Positions 39,095-48,990 of a stretch of 64,000 nt of DNA are shown in pieces (positions within the stretch are counted from its first letter, which is position 1; each line of letters starts with the position of its first letter). The stretch is from a virus (Duplodnaviria; Caudoviricetes), in IMG/VR virus record IMGVR_UViG_3300012344_000002, positions 9,313-73,312 of that record, one strand, 5' to 3'. The notes under the pieces are model-generated. The model did no database searches and was not told where the DNA came from. It worked only from the letters and a program-made list of their open reading frames with translations. A program made the translations under genes and the position numbers.

Positions 39095-40321
39095 TTAGTC
39101 TGCTGCTACAGTCTTAATAACTGCAATACGCTCAGGTCTCTTAATTAAAGTACCATACCAGAACTTCATAGATGAGAAGCCAGTCTCACCATAAGGGTCA
39201 TTACGGTCAGCTGTCTCACGACCTGGCATCTTAGTTGTAACATCAAACTTAACAGTCTTACCATCAGTCTGGAAACCAATAGTAGAGAATGAGTCTGAAC
39301 CTACTACTAAGACTGGATAAATATCATACTTACCACCAGTCTCACGATAGCCCGGATTAGTAGTTACAGAAGCACCTGCACCTGCCCAATGCTGCATCTC
39401 AGGTACCTGTACAAATCTGAAGTGGTCAATAGAACCAATTTCACCATTTAATACAGTAGTACCTGCTGCATACTTCTGTACCTCTACAAAGGCAGGATTA
39501 CCAAATAAATCCTTCATAGCCTTTAAGGTAGGTACCAATTCTGAACCAACATAAGCAATACGAGCTGCTGGAATAGTCTTAGTATCTGTTAGACGAGTAC
39601 CTGTAATAATCTTAGTATCACGAGGACAACGATTATCAGTTAAAATCTGGTCTAACTGCATTAATGACTTATAGTCTACTAATGTAGGTGTAGCACCTTC
39701 ACCTGTTACTGCTGAATCCTCTGATACAGCACCTTTACCCGGATATAGAACAACACCTGCTGCGTTTAACAGGTCCTTCTGTAACATATCCTCTGTAAGC
39801 TCTGAAGCACCATTCATTAACTCTCTAGCTAAGTGTGACTGTAACTCAGCATCAGAATCAAAGTTTAAAGCATCACGAGAGAACTCATAGAACCAACCAA
39901 ACTTAGCAATAGAGCCTTCACGAGCTAAACGGGTGAAACCTACACGGTTTACTCTACCACCATTCTCACCTAATACAGGTAGCTTAGATGTAATAGTACC
40001 AATATCCTTAGATGAACCATACAAGTTACCATTATTATAGTGAGCACCCTTAGCATCTAAGCCTTGATCATTCTTGTTTCGGTCATCCAATAGAGGTACA
40101 TACTGATAAACCTTAATACGCTTACCAAAATGCTTAGGCATATCAATAGTAGATGCCAACTGCATAAATACCTGCTGTCTACGAGCATCAATAATAGCCT
40201 TTTTTAACCAGAAGAAGGTATTCATTTGCTTAGTAGATTCAGTACCACCGTTGTAGTCAATAGATGCTGCTGTAGTATCTGGGTTTTTATACTGTAAACC
40301 TGAAAAATCGCTTACTGCCAT
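39095..40321 (-). CDS. Major capsid protein (N4 gp56-like)
   Basis: [10 protein letters not shown]-x3[19 protein letters not shown], [32 protein letters not shown]. Confidence 0.95.
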   Translation of the reverse strand: MAVSDFSGLQYKNPDTTAASIDYNGGTESTKQMNTFFWLKKAIIDARRQQVFMQLASTIDMPKHFGKRIKVYQYVPLLDDRNKNDQGLDAKGAHYNNGNLYGSSKDIGTITSKLPVLGENGGRVNRVGFTRLAREGSIAKFGWFYEFSRDALNFDSDAELQSHLARELMNGASELTEDMLQKDLLNAAGVVLYPGKGAVSEDSAVTGEGATPTLVDYKSLMQLDQILTDNRCPRDTKIITGTRLTDTKTIPAARIAYVGSELVPTLKAMKDLFGNPAFVEVQKYAAGTTVLNGEIGSIDHFRFVQVPEMQHWAGAGASVTTNPGYRETGGKYDIYPVLVVGSDSFSTIGFQTDGKTVKFDVTTKMPGRETADRNDPYGETGFSSMKFWYGTLIKRPERIAVIKTVAAD

Positions 40322-40333
40322 AATTTAATTCCT

Positions 40334-41371
40334 TTAATAAGTACCGCCAAACTTCTTTTCAAATTCTTCATCACTCATGGAGAGCCAATTTGGGGTAGTA
40401 TCTGTTGATTTTGTATTTGCTCTTGTAGGAGCAGCTGCCTTAGCTCTTGCATTATTATTAAATGAAGACTTAGGCATACGAGGTTGAGTAGCTAATGGTT
40501 GATTAGACTGAATATTAGAAGGTGCTTGGTTCCTAGCTAGTTGTTGTCCTACTAAATTATAAGCTTCTAAGAATGAAAGGCTTGGATTTAAAGTACCCAA
40601 TGCCTTTTGGCGGTCAATCTCAGCAGTAATACTATCGTAGATTCCAGCTCGTTTTTGTTGTAACAAGTCATTCATCAATTCTGGATGGTCAACAAGTAAG
40701 TCTTTAGATTTTTCATCATAACTATTGAAAGTATCTCTTAACTTAATACCATCATCTGATTCACCTAGTCCTAAGTAAGCTTCTCTAAAGGCTACTTCTT
40801 TATCTGAAACTACATTAGAACCTTCCTTGTAGTTAGGCTCTGAATATGTATCAATATCTAAAGGGTCAATATTATGGTCCTTTAAGAATTTCTTTACAGC
40901 TTCAGGATTACCTTTATTAATATCAATTAAAAAAGATAATTTATTAACATCAAGTAAATCATTATCTTTCAGCATGTAATTTAACTTACGGTAAGGTGCA
41001 AGTTCTTGCATCTTCTTAGTATAGTTAGCACCTTGCTGAATAAGTTTAATAACTTCGTCTTGGTTCTTCAGTTGTATGGTATGACCATTGGCTTTAATAG
41101 GAGCCATAATCGAATCATAGAAGCCTTTATAATCAATCTCTTGATTTTCAGGCTCTGAATTATTTTCAACTGTATCAGCTTTTTCATCAGTGTCAACATT
41201 TTTTGTTGATTCTGTTTGTTCTTCAGTAGAAGGTGTAGCATTATCAGTTGATTCATTATTTGATGCCTCTTTAGTATCAGGTGCCTCAGAAGCTTCTTTA
41301 GCTTCTTGCTCTACTTGAGCCTCAGACATTGCCATAATTTCTTCATCAGAAGCATTATAAATATCAGCCAT
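40334..41371 (-). CDS. N4 gp57-like protein (putative scaffold)
   Basis: Acidic N-terminus, APIKANG, QGANYTKKMQ, C-terminal MSDEEFEK; precedes MCP. Confidence 0.8.
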   Translation of the reverse strand: MADIYNASDEEIMAMSEAQVEQEAKEASEAPDTKEASNNESTDNATPSTEEQTESTKNVDTDEKADTVENNSEPENQEIDYKGFYDSIMAPIKANGHTIQLKNQDEVIKLIQQGANYTKKMQELAPYRKLNYMLKDNDLLDVNKLSFLIDINKGNPEAVKKFLKDHNIDPLDIDTYSEPNYKEGSNVVSDKEVAFREAYLGLGESDDGIKLRDTFNSYDEKSKDLLVDHPELMNDLLQQKRAGIYDSITAEIDRQKALGTLNPSLSFLEAYNLVGQQLARNQAPSNIQSNQPLATQPRMPKSSFNNNARAKAAAPTRANTKSTDTTPNWLSMSDEEFEKKFGGTY

Positions 41372-41682
41372 TAGTTATCTTCCTCATTAATTGAATTAAG
41401 CTCTTTGAGCTGTTCTGTTGCTGTATCAGCGTCTATCTTGATAGTTTCAAGAAACCTTTGTAAAACACTAGTTGCTCTAGCATTAAATATTAAAGCATCT
41501 CTATAATCTTTAGGTATATTTGTCTGTGCGCTTAAATTTAAACAACGTACAGGATAAGCATTACAGAAACATTCTTTAATAATTAATTTAAAATCTTCAT
41601 TAGTTTCTAAACGTTCTAAGGCTACCCTTAGTTGGATAGCCTTGTCACATTTATTCCTTAACTCTTCATAATCTTTTATCAT
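41371..41682 (-). CDS. N4 gp58-like protein
   Basis: LERLETNEDFKLII-x3-F; lies between portal and gp57-like gene. Confidence 0.7.
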   Translation of the reverse strand: MIKDYEELRNKCDKAIQLRVALERLETNEDFKLIIKECFCNAYPVRCLNLSAQTNIPKDYRDALIFNARATSVLQRFLETIKIDADTATEQLKELNSINEEDN

Positions 41683-43895
41683 GCCATTGGGTCCATTAAT
41701 TTCTCATTAGTCTCAAAGGGTTTAATAGGTCTTGTAGCTTGATTACCATATTGTAATAAGTTATCACTATATCCCTTATTAGCTAGTTTATCAGAAATTG
41801 CATTATAACCAATACCTGCATCAATATTACCCTGTATTTCATCAGGCTTACGATTCTTAACCAAAGCTTTAGTAATTTCAAGATTCTGATTAGCTCTAGC
41901 CTGTGCAGCTTGTTTAGCAAGTTCAAATGCCTGAGTAGAACCAGAAGCAAGTTGTTGAGTTTCAACATTAACTTTATTAGTGTCAGCAATAAGTTTATTG
42001 GCTCTTTGATTAATAAAATTAACTTTAGCTTTTTCTTCCTCTACCTCAAGCTGTCTCTTAGCTTCTTCTATAGGATCTGGTTTAGGCTGATAATTACGTA
42101 ATTCTTCAGCTAAAGTAGGCATACGCTTTAAGTCTGCTATTTCAGCTAATATCTTCATAGTAATCATTGGGTCCATGTTAGGACCTAGAGTCTGTAGCAT
42201 AAAACCTAAATCTTGTGCTTTAGCTTGGTCTACTTCAGCAGTATTAATATCTACTTTAAGGTCAAAATTACCTTTAATATCTTCACGTTTAATAGCTATA
42301 AATTGCTTATTTGTTACACGTATTACTTCTTTTTCAGATAAGAATACAGCATTCATAGCTATAATCTTATTACCTATTTCAGCAACGCCATAAGCTAATC
42401 TTCTAAGTATAGCTGTTTCACGTTTAGTAGCAGCATCAATAGCTCCTTGAATACCAGCAGCTACTTGTCCATATGCATCACCTGACATACCACCTGAGAA
42501 TGATTTAACACCTGTTAAAGCTTCAGCATCAGCATTAAGCATCTGTATATAAGCTAATACAGATTGTGGTAGCTCATTAAAGGTATGCTCTATATAACCT
42601 GATTGAGGAGGTAAATTAGGATTAAATTCATAATCCTCACCATTCTCAAATCTACGTTTGTTTAGAGGGTCTAACATACCTTTAGCAAAACCTTGCTGAG
42701 CATTAGCAGACCTACCAAGTATATCCACCATACCACGAGTAATAGCACCCATAATCTGTTGATTTTCTTCTAATAGCTCACTATCAGGCTCACCATAGAC
42801 TGAATTTCTAACAGGTAAGTACTGTACTATTACAAATGGTAGTTTACCATCAGGGAATGGGTTTTCTTCCATTCTTATCATTACAGGACCTATCCAAGTA
42901 GCAACAATAGGAACCAAGGTACCATTCTTATGTATATCATAGAAGCCCCAATATTCATAAGCTACTACCTTTTTACGTATTAAATCTTCATTAAAATTTT
43001 CTTCACTATTAGTAAAATGGTCACCATCTGAATTAGGATTATTACCTGACCAATTAACTTTATCTAAATTAGAATAAATACCTGCTTTCTTACACTCTGC
43101 TTGATTAGTCTCAAAAGACTTAATAATAAATAAAGCTTTGTCTATATCACCATTACATGTTGGATCAACATAGACATTCATAGTATTTAATATCTCTAAG
43201 GTAGGTTTATTATCTAATACTTTATCTACTAATATTTCTTGAGAACCAACTTCTTCAGCTATTACTGGTTCACCACCATTCTGCTGACTATATTCTATAG
43301 ATGCTTTAACAACATCATCCAATTTTTCTTCATATTCTCTAGGATTAGTTTGTTTTAATTGCATAGCATTATTAAGCATCTGCATAGTTGGTTCATCATT
43401 TACAGGATAGTAACTATATACAGGTACTACCTGTTTTTCTTTAGTAGTAACTCTATCCCAACCTACTTGTATAATACAGGTACCCTCATCTACTACAGTT
43501 CTTACATATTCATCAATAAATTTTACTTTATTAAGTTTAGTATCAAATTGATAATTAAGTAATAGTTCATTCTGCTTAGCAGCCTCTAAATCCTCAAAAG
43601 TACGAGGGTTTACTTGGAATATCTTATCAGAATTAAGAAATGGCTCGGATAAAGCAGGATAACGCCATTCTGCCTGCCTTCTAACAAGTTTGGGTTGAAC
43701 ACTGGAACGACCTTTAACTTTAGGCGGTTTACTTTTACCAGTGACATTTCTTACATCATTCCATTTAATAATTTTAGCTGTTTGTACTGAATGAGCCTGC
43801 TTAGAGGCTTCTAAATCTCTTTTTAGAACTTCTACAGTAGGCTCATTTTCCCAATCAGTTATTTTCTTAGGTTGCATTAAATCATTATCAGTCAT
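41679..43895 (-). CDS. Portal protein (N4 gp59-like)
   Basis: TDWENEPT, GRSSVQPKLVRRQAEWRYPALSEPFL, ENPFPDGKLPF, GVKSFSGG. Confidence 0.95.
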   Translation of the reverse strand: MTDNDLMQPKKITDWENEPTVEVLKRDLEASKQAHSVQTAKIIKWNDVRNVTGKSKPPKVKGRSSVQPKLVRRQAEWRYPALSEPFLNSDKIFQVNPRTFEDLEAAKQNELLLNYQFDTKLNKVKFIDEYVRTVVDEGTCIIQVGWDRVTTKEKQVVPVYSYYPVNDEPTMQMLNNAMQLKQTNPREYEEKLDDVVKASIEYSQQNGGEPVIAEEVGSQEILVDKVLDNKPTLEILNTMNVYVDPTCNGDIDKALFIIKSFETNQAECKKAGIYSNLDKVNWSGNNPNSDGDHFTNSEENFNEDLIRKKVVAYEYWGFYDIHKNGTLVPIVATWIGPVMIRMEENPFPDGKLPFVIVQYLPVRNSVYGEPDSELLEENQQIMGAITRGMVDILGRSANAQQGFAKGMLDPLNKRRFENGEDYEFNPNLPPQSGYIEHTFNELPQSVLAYIQMLNADAEALTGVKSFSGGMSGDAYGQVAAGIQGAIDAATKRETAILRRLAYGVAEIGNKIIAMNAVFLSEKEVIRVTNKQFIAIKREDIKGNFDLKVDINTAEVDQAKAQDLGFMLQTLGPNMDPMITMKILAEIADLKRMPTLAEELRNYQPKPDPIEEAKRQLEVEEEKAKVNFINQRANKLIADTNKVNVETQQLASGSTQAFELAKQAAQARANQNLEITKALVKNRKPDEIQGNIDAGIGYNAISDKLANKGYSDNLLQYGNQATRPIKPFETNEKLMDPMA

Positions 43896-44400
43896 TTACT
43901 TTATGCTCTGCCTTATAAATATGCTGTATATACTCTATTTGGTTATCTCTGAGTTTAATAAATTCTCTGAGTTCTCTAACCAAATTTCTGCCTTCTGTAA
44001 GACTTCTGTCGAGTCTTGAGGTGTAATCTGCAAGACTTGAGCATCCGGAGGTAGAGAGGGCTTTACGTTTATATATCTCTGTTCGTTGCTGCGACTGCTG
44101 CAACTGCACAGTATAAGTAGACTTAAGCTCAGTAAGCTTATTCGTATACTGTTGTTTAACTTTATCATATGATAACTTTAAATTATTAATCTCAGTAATA
44201 TACTGAGATTCTTTATTTAGATACTCCTGTTGTAACTTAGTAATATAAGCATATTCTTCATTCTTAGCTTGGTTCCATTGGGTAGTTACTCTAGAAGTTC
44301 CTTCATGATAACCTATTATAAAGGAACCAAGACAAGATAATATACAAACAGGTACTAACCATTTAGATAAGAGCATATGCTTCATCCCAAGTAGATTCAT
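43888..44400 (-). CDS. Inner-membrane spanin (Rz-like)
   Basis: N-terminal TM, long coiled coil, contains an embedded lipoprotein ORF. Confidence 0.8.
   Translation of the reverse strand: MNLLGMKHMLLSKWLVPVCILSCLGSFIIGYHEGTSRVTTQWNQAKNEEYAYITKLQQEYLNKESQYITEINNLKLSYDKVKQQYTNKLTELKSTYTVQLQQSQQRTEIYKRKALSTSGCSSLADYTSRLDRSLTEGRNLVRELREFIKLRDNQIEYIQHIYKAEHKVND
43935..44168 (-). CDS. Outer-membrane spanin lipoprotein (Rz1-like), embedded in Rz
   Basis: Signal peptide with lipobox-like LLILCSC, Pro-rich mature part, alternate frame inside Rz. Confidence 0.75.
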   Translation of the reverse strand: MIKLNNSIRISLLSLSLLILCSCSSRSNEQRYINVKPSLPPDAQVLQITPQDSTEVLQKAEIWLENSENLLNSEITK

Positions 44401-44779
44401 TAATTATCTTAGCATCAGTACCATTTTCCTGATAAGCAATGGCCTTAGCTAATTTAATATAAGTAGCCTTATTAAAGTTAAGAACTTCTGTTGTGCCTTT
44501 TCCTAATGTATTAGCTACATAAAGAATATAGGCAGATGTATTATTCTCATGCGCAGGCGCCCATTTAGATATAATCTTTGTAATAGTATTACATTTATAT
44601 CTAATTACATAAGTTCTTAATAACTTAAGTAAAGCTCTGCAACCATAGATATTAGATTTAAACACACAAAATGATGGGTCAGTTTGCTTATCGGCTAAAC
44701 CTCTCCACCTAGCGCCTAATCTAATATTACCCGGATTATGATTTCTTATTCCTCGTGCTGTCATTTCTAATATCCTCAT
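44363..44779 (-). CDS. Endolysin (RGIRNxNPGNIR lysozyme-like family)
   Basis: ARGIRNHNPGNIR, YGCRAL-x2-LL-x2-Y, KWAP-x2-ENNT-x2-Y, QENG. Confidence 0.8.
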   Translation of the reverse strand: MRILEMTARGIRNHNPGNIRLGARWRGLADKQTDPSFCVFKSNIYGCRALLKLLRTYVIRYKCNTITKIISKWAPAHENNTSAYILYVANTLGKGTTEVLNFNKATYIKLAKAIAYQENGTDAKIINESTWDEAYALI

Positions 44780-45056
44780 CGAATAATGTAAATTGAACTG
44801 AACGATTAATCATTCGTTTTAGTATATATAAAGCTCTTGAACCAGCATTTCCTAATAGAGTGGCTGTAACTAAAGCTATATTGTAAGACATATGTATATC
44901 TTCATATAACTTAGAAAATAGATACCCTATAAAAGCAGCTACTAACATATCAAGAACTAGATAAACAAAGTTTAAGGTATGCCTTAATTTATATAAATTT
45001 ATGTATCTAATTAGGCACCCAGCGCAAGAGCAAAAAATAATATCATATATAATCAT
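44736..45056 (-). CDS. Holin
   Basis: 106 aa, 2-3 hydrophobic segments, G-x2-GSRAL, charged C-tail, directly upstream of the endolysin. Confidence 0.7.
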   Translation of the reverse strand: MIIYDIIFCSCAGCLIRYINLYKLRHTLNFVYLVLDMLVAAFIGYLFSKLYEDIHMSYNIALVTATLLGNAGSRALYILKRMINRSVQFTLFDEDIRNDSTRNKKS

Positions 45057-45118
45057 TTTTTATCCTAAAAGTATTAAACTGAATGTCCTTTTTTATTTTT
45101 ATTGGAGGCCTTTATTAA

Positions 45119-47248
45119 ATGAAAGTAATTAATAAATCAGGATGTATTAATGAGTGGAACAATGAAAAAATAGTAACTGCTATTAATAAAGCAGCATCTA
45201 GAGTTGATTGTCCTATTACTCATAATCAAGCTATAACTATAGCTAATGCTTGTAAAAAAGTAGCAGGTAAATATCTTAAAAATAATTGTATTTCCTCTGC
45301 TAAATTACATGAAATAGTTATTAGTCAGTTAGTTCATCATAATTTTAATTTAATAGCTAGTGCTTATCAGGAATACCGAGACTATAAGAATACCTATGCT
45401 AAATCATGGGAGCAACTTAAAGAAGATGCAGACCAAATTATCTTTTTAGGTGATAGAGAAAATGCTAACTTTGATAGTTCTTTAGTATCCACAAAAGGCT
45501 CACTTGTAAAGGGTGCTCTAACAAAAGAATTATATAAACAATTTTATCTTTCTAAAACAGAAAAATTCCTTACTAAACGAGGAGATATTTATATCCATGA
45601 CCTTAGGGATATGATTTTTGGTTCAGTAAATTGTTGTTTATTTGATATTGGTAACGTTTTAAAGGGTGGCTTTAAAATGTCTGGTATTAATTATACAGAA
45701 CCAAAAACAGTATTATCAGCACTACAGGTAATAGGTGATATTACTTTAGTAGCTACTGCTCAACAGTTTGGTGGATTTACTTTAGCAGAGATAGATAAAG
45801 TATTGCTTTACTATGTAAATAAATCATTTAATTACTATCTAAATAAATATACAGAATATAAAGTAGAAGACCCTGCTAAAAGAGCCAAAGAAGATACATT
45901 ACGTGAGTTAAGACAAGGTTTTCAATCTTTAGAGTTAAAGCTTAATACTGTACCATCAAGTAGAGGTGATTTTGCTTTTACTACATTAACCTTTGGTCAG
46001 TGGGATTATTCTTTATCAGATTCTGATAAGGAATGGTTATATTGGATTGGTTCTACTATGTTAGAGACTCGTAGACATGGTTACGATGGTGTACCTGTAG
46101 TATTTCCTAAATTAGTTTATCTATATGATAAAACACAGATAGAAAAAGATACATGGTCTGCTAAATTATTTGATGAAGCAGTAAAAACCAGTGCACAATG
46201 TATGTATCCTGATTACTTAAGCCTTACAGGTAATATAGAACAGAACCAAGTAGGTATGGAATACCATTTATATAACAAGATTATTAGTCCTATGGGCTGT
46301 CGTGCCTATTTAAGTCATTGGATGGATCCAAAGACTAATAAAGTAGTTACAGTAGGTAGATGTAATATTGGTGCAGTATCACTTAATATCCCATTAATTA
46401 TTGCAGTAGCTAAAAAAGAATTTAGTACATCATGGAAGGATGCTTTCTGGAATTTATTAGCTGATAGATTACAGGTAATACGAGAGTTTCATTGTAAACG
46501 ATATGAAATTATTAAACATACCAAAGCATCTACTAATCCTTTAGCTTTTACTCAAGGAGGTTTTTATAACGGTTATAAACAACCTGATGAAGAGATAGGA
46601 GATTTAACCGATTATATGACCGCTTCATTTGGTATTACTGCTTTAAATGAAGCAACCATGTTGTGGTGTGGTAAATCACTTTATGAAGACAAAGCTATAT
46701 TTGCTAATAAAGTAATTGATTTTATCTTAGCTAAATTAGCTAAGTATAAAGAACAAGACCATCATTTATATGCTTTATACGGTACTCCTGCAGAGTCTTT
46801 ATGCGGTACGCAAGCTACTCAGTATAGAGAATATACAGGAGATACTCAGTTTGGTGATTATTTTAGTAATAGTTTCCATTGTCATGTATCAGAAAATATA
46901 ACTCCTATTGAAAAACAAGACGCTGAGTATGAAGCTTTCCATAAAGTAGCTGGAGGACACATTCAATATGTTAGACTAGATAACCCATCTAATATAGAAG
47001 CTGTAAAAGCTATTATAGAACGTGGTATGTCTCTTGGATTTTATCAAGGAGTAAATTTCGATGCCTGTTATTGCAGCGATTGTGGGAATAGCTTTACTAA
47101 CGGTGGTATCACTTGTCCTAAATGTGGTAGCCATAATATTACCACTATTAGCCGTGTTTGTGGCTATTTGGGCTATAGTAACATCAATGGTAAATCACGA
47201 ATGAATGATAGTAAATTAGCAGAAATTAAAGATAGGAAATCTATGTAA
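45119..47248 (+). CDS. nrdD: Anaerobic (class III) ribonucleotide reductase with N-terminal ATP cone
   Basis: YIHDL, MGCRAYL, GRCNIGAVSLN, YGTPAESL, Zn ribbon CSDC...CPKC, glycyl-radical RVCGYLG. Confidence 0.95.
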   Translation: MKVINKSGCINEWNNEKIVTAINKAASRVDCPITHNQAITIANACKKVAGKYLKNNCISSAKLHEIVISQLVHHNFNLIASAYQEYRDYKNTYAKSWEQLKEDADQIIFLGDRENANFDSSLVSTKGSLVKGALTKELYKQFYLSKTEKFLTKRGDIYIHDLRDMIFGSVNCCLFDIGNVLKGGFKMSGINYTEPKTVLSALQVIGDITLVATAQQFGGFTLAEIDKVLLYYVNKSFNYYLNKYTEYKVEDPAKRAKEDTLRELRQGFQSLELKLNTVPSSRGDFAFTTLTFGQWDYSLSDSDKEWLYWIGSTMLETRRHGYDGVPVVFPKLVYLYDKTQIEKDTWSAKLFDEAVKTSAQCMYPDYLSLTGNIEQNQVGMEYHLYNKIISPMGCRAYLSHWMDPKTNKVVTVGRCNIGAVSLNIPLIIAVAKKEFSTSWKDAFWNLLADRLQVIREFHCKRYEIIKHTKASTNPLAFTQGGFYNGYKQPDEEIGDLTDYMTASFGITALNEATMLWCGKSLYEDKAIFANKVIDFILAKLAKYKEQDHHLYALYGTPAESLCGTQATQYREYTGDTQFGDYFSNSFHCHVSENITPIEKQDAEYEAFHKVAGGHIQYVRLDNPSNIEAVKAIIERGMSLGFYQGVNFDACYCSDCGNSFTNGGITCPKCGSHNITTISRVCGYLGYSNINGKSRMNDSKLAEIKDRKSM

Positions 47249-47700
47249 TGAATTACTTAGAACTAAATAAATATGATACTGCTAATGGTCCCGGTATTAG
47301 AGTTTCTTTATTTATTGCAGGTTGTACTCTTAAATGTAAAGGATGCTTTAATAAAAAATCTTGGGACTTTAATGCAGGTAAACCTTTTACTAAAGATACT
47401 TTAGCTAAAGTTTATGAATACTTATCTAAACCTTATATTACAGGTTTAAGTATTTTAGGTGGAGACCCACTAGAACCACAGAACCAAACTGGTGTATTAT
47501 CATTAGTTAATGGAGTACATACAGTATTTCCAGATAAGACAATTTGGCTTTGGACTGGTAGGACTTATAGAACCATTAAAAGTAATCCTATATTAAATTA
47601 TATAGATACTTTAGTAGATGGTCCTTATATAGAACATCTAAAAGAAGACCTCCCATTTAGAGGTAGTTCAAATCAAAATATTATATTTCTGAGGAAATGA
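47248..47700 (+). CDS. nrdG: Anaerobic RNR activase
   Basis: NGPGIRVSLFIAGCTLKCKGCFN, LGGDP, VDGPY, FRGSSNQ. Confidence 0.95.
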   Translation: MNYLELNKYDTANGPGIRVSLFIAGCTLKCKGCFNKKSWDFNAGKPFTKDTLAKVYEYLSKPYITGLSILGGDPLEPQNQTGVLSLVNGVHTVFPDKTIWLWTGRTYRTIKSNPILNYIDTLVDGPYIEHLKEDLPFRGSSNQNIIFLRK

Positions 47701-48122
47701 TGAATAAGAAAATTTTAAAATTTAAAGCTCTTCATATTGATGCTGTTATACCTACTAAAGCTCATCCTACAGATGCAGGATATGATTTATATGCTGTAGA
47801 GGATAAATGGCTTACCATTAATAAACCTACTTTAATTAAAACAGGTATAGCTATGGAAATTCCTAAGGGCTGCGTAGGTGATATTCGTCCTCGTTCTGGA
47901 TTAAGTGCTAAGGGTGTAACTGTAGCCTATGGTACTGTTGATTCTGGATATAGAGGTGAAGTTAAAGTAAATATGAAGGCTTGGTGCCATAAGATTCATA
48001 AAGGAGATAGAATTGCTCAGTTAGTAATTCTACCTTTAGTATCTTTTACCAATGAACAGTTTGATAATGAACTAAGTAAGTCAGATAGAGGAACCAAGGG
48101 ATTTGGTTCTACTGGTAAGTAG
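47697..48122 (+). CDS. dut: Trimeric dUTPase
   Basis: AGYDL, RPRSG, GTVDSGYRGE, RIAQL, RG-x2-GFGSTG. Confidence 0.95.
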   Translation: MMNKKILKFKALHIDAVIPTKAHPTDAGYDLYAVEDKWLTINKPTLIKTGIAMEIPKGCVGDIRPRSGLSAKGVTVAYGTVDSGYRGEVKVNMKAWCHKIHKGDRIAQLVILPLVSFTNEQFDNELSKSDRGTKGFGSTGK

Positions 48123-48152
48123 TATTATACTTTAGATACCAACTTTATAATA

Positions 48153-48175
48153 AAGCCCTCTTAGGAGGGCTTATT
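48153..48175. terminator. Bidirectional terminator
   Basis: AAGCCCTC-TTAG-GAGGGCTT between convergent genes. Confidence 0.8.
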
Positions 48176-48402
48176 TATACAGTAAACATTTCCCAATCTT
48201 CATTGATTAAATCTTTAGTAGTTGGCGTCCATTCTACTTTAGAGTTATTATTTACTTTAACTAATTTGGTTACTGTAGCATCTGTTGTGGTGGTTGATGA
48301 CCACTCCCATTCAACATATGAATCATCCCAGTAAGGAGCTTTAAGTTTAAACTGTGGATGTTCTTTAATAAATTCTATAGCTTTTCCAAAAGAAGTTTTC
48401 AC
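48175..48402 (-). CDS. DUF2829/Tad2-like small protein
   Basis: SFGKAIEFIK...W...WTPTTKDLINEDWE matches the F-x2-A-x3-K...W-x-P-x3-D-x3-DW pattern; AGGAGG RBS. Confidence 0.6.
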   Translation of the reverse strand: MKTSFGKAIEFIKEHPQFKLKAPYWDDSYVEWEWSSTTTTDATVTKLVKVNNNSKVEWTPTTKDLINEDWEMFTV

Positions 48403-48431
48403 ATGACCTCCTAGTAATGACGTATGACATA

Positions 48432-48461
48432 AATAGGGCAGTAAATTGTTACTGCCCTATT
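48432..48461 (-). terminator. Intrinsic terminator
   Basis: AATAGGGCAGTAA-ATTG-TTACTGCCCTATT 13-bp stem. Confidence 0.8.
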
Positions 48462-48464
48462 ATA

Positions 48465-48668
48465 TTACATTTTGTGTGCTTGTTTTAATTCATGAACTAA
48501 GCATAATACTTGTAAACTTTTCTTAACATTATGCATTTCTTCACATGTTAAATGTTCCTCTTCTTGGTTATTTCTATAAATCCAATCTATAGTACCTATA
48601 GCCATATGCTCAGCTTCTTTAAGTAATACAGGTAAGATACCTGTATCTGCATCTCTAATTTCCATCAT
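48465..48668 (-). CDS. Hypothetical protein (67 aa), third gene of a three-gene cassette
   Basis: Overlaps the upstream gene; GGAG RBS. Confidence 0.65.
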   Translation of the reverse strand: MMEIRDADTGILPVLLKEAEHMAIGTIDWIYRNNQEEEHLTCEEMHNVKKSLQVLCLVHELKQAHKM

Positions 48669-48978
48669 TGCTCCTTAAATAATTAAAGATTTTATCTAAA
48701 TCAACTTTATCAAATGTGTAATTAATAAGCGGAATAGTCGCTCTATCACCCATTTTATTTAAAGCTAATTTCATATTCTTATGCAGATTATCTACATCAA
48801 ACTTACCTTGACTGTCTGCTACTATCTGCATTGAATTTAATAGCTGTTCTAGCTTAGGTCTGCCTTGGTTCACTAAAAATACTAATAAACCTTTTTGCCA
48901 TACTGAGCCTTTATTAGCTAAATCATTATCAATCCATTTCTCAACTGCTTGAGTAAATTGTTCTGTAGTAATCTGCAT
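48655..48978 (-). CDS. Hypothetical protein (107 aa), second gene of the cassette
   Basis: GAGG RBS; IT-x-EQ...ID...DLDKIFNYL. Confidence 0.7.
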   Translation of the reverse strand: MQITTEQFTQAVEKWIDNDLANKGSVWQKGLLVFLVNQGRPKLEQLLNSMQIVADSQGKFDVDNLHKNMKLALNKMGDRATIPLINYTFDKVDLDKIFNYLRSNDGN

Positions 48979-48990
48979 AATTTACCTCTA

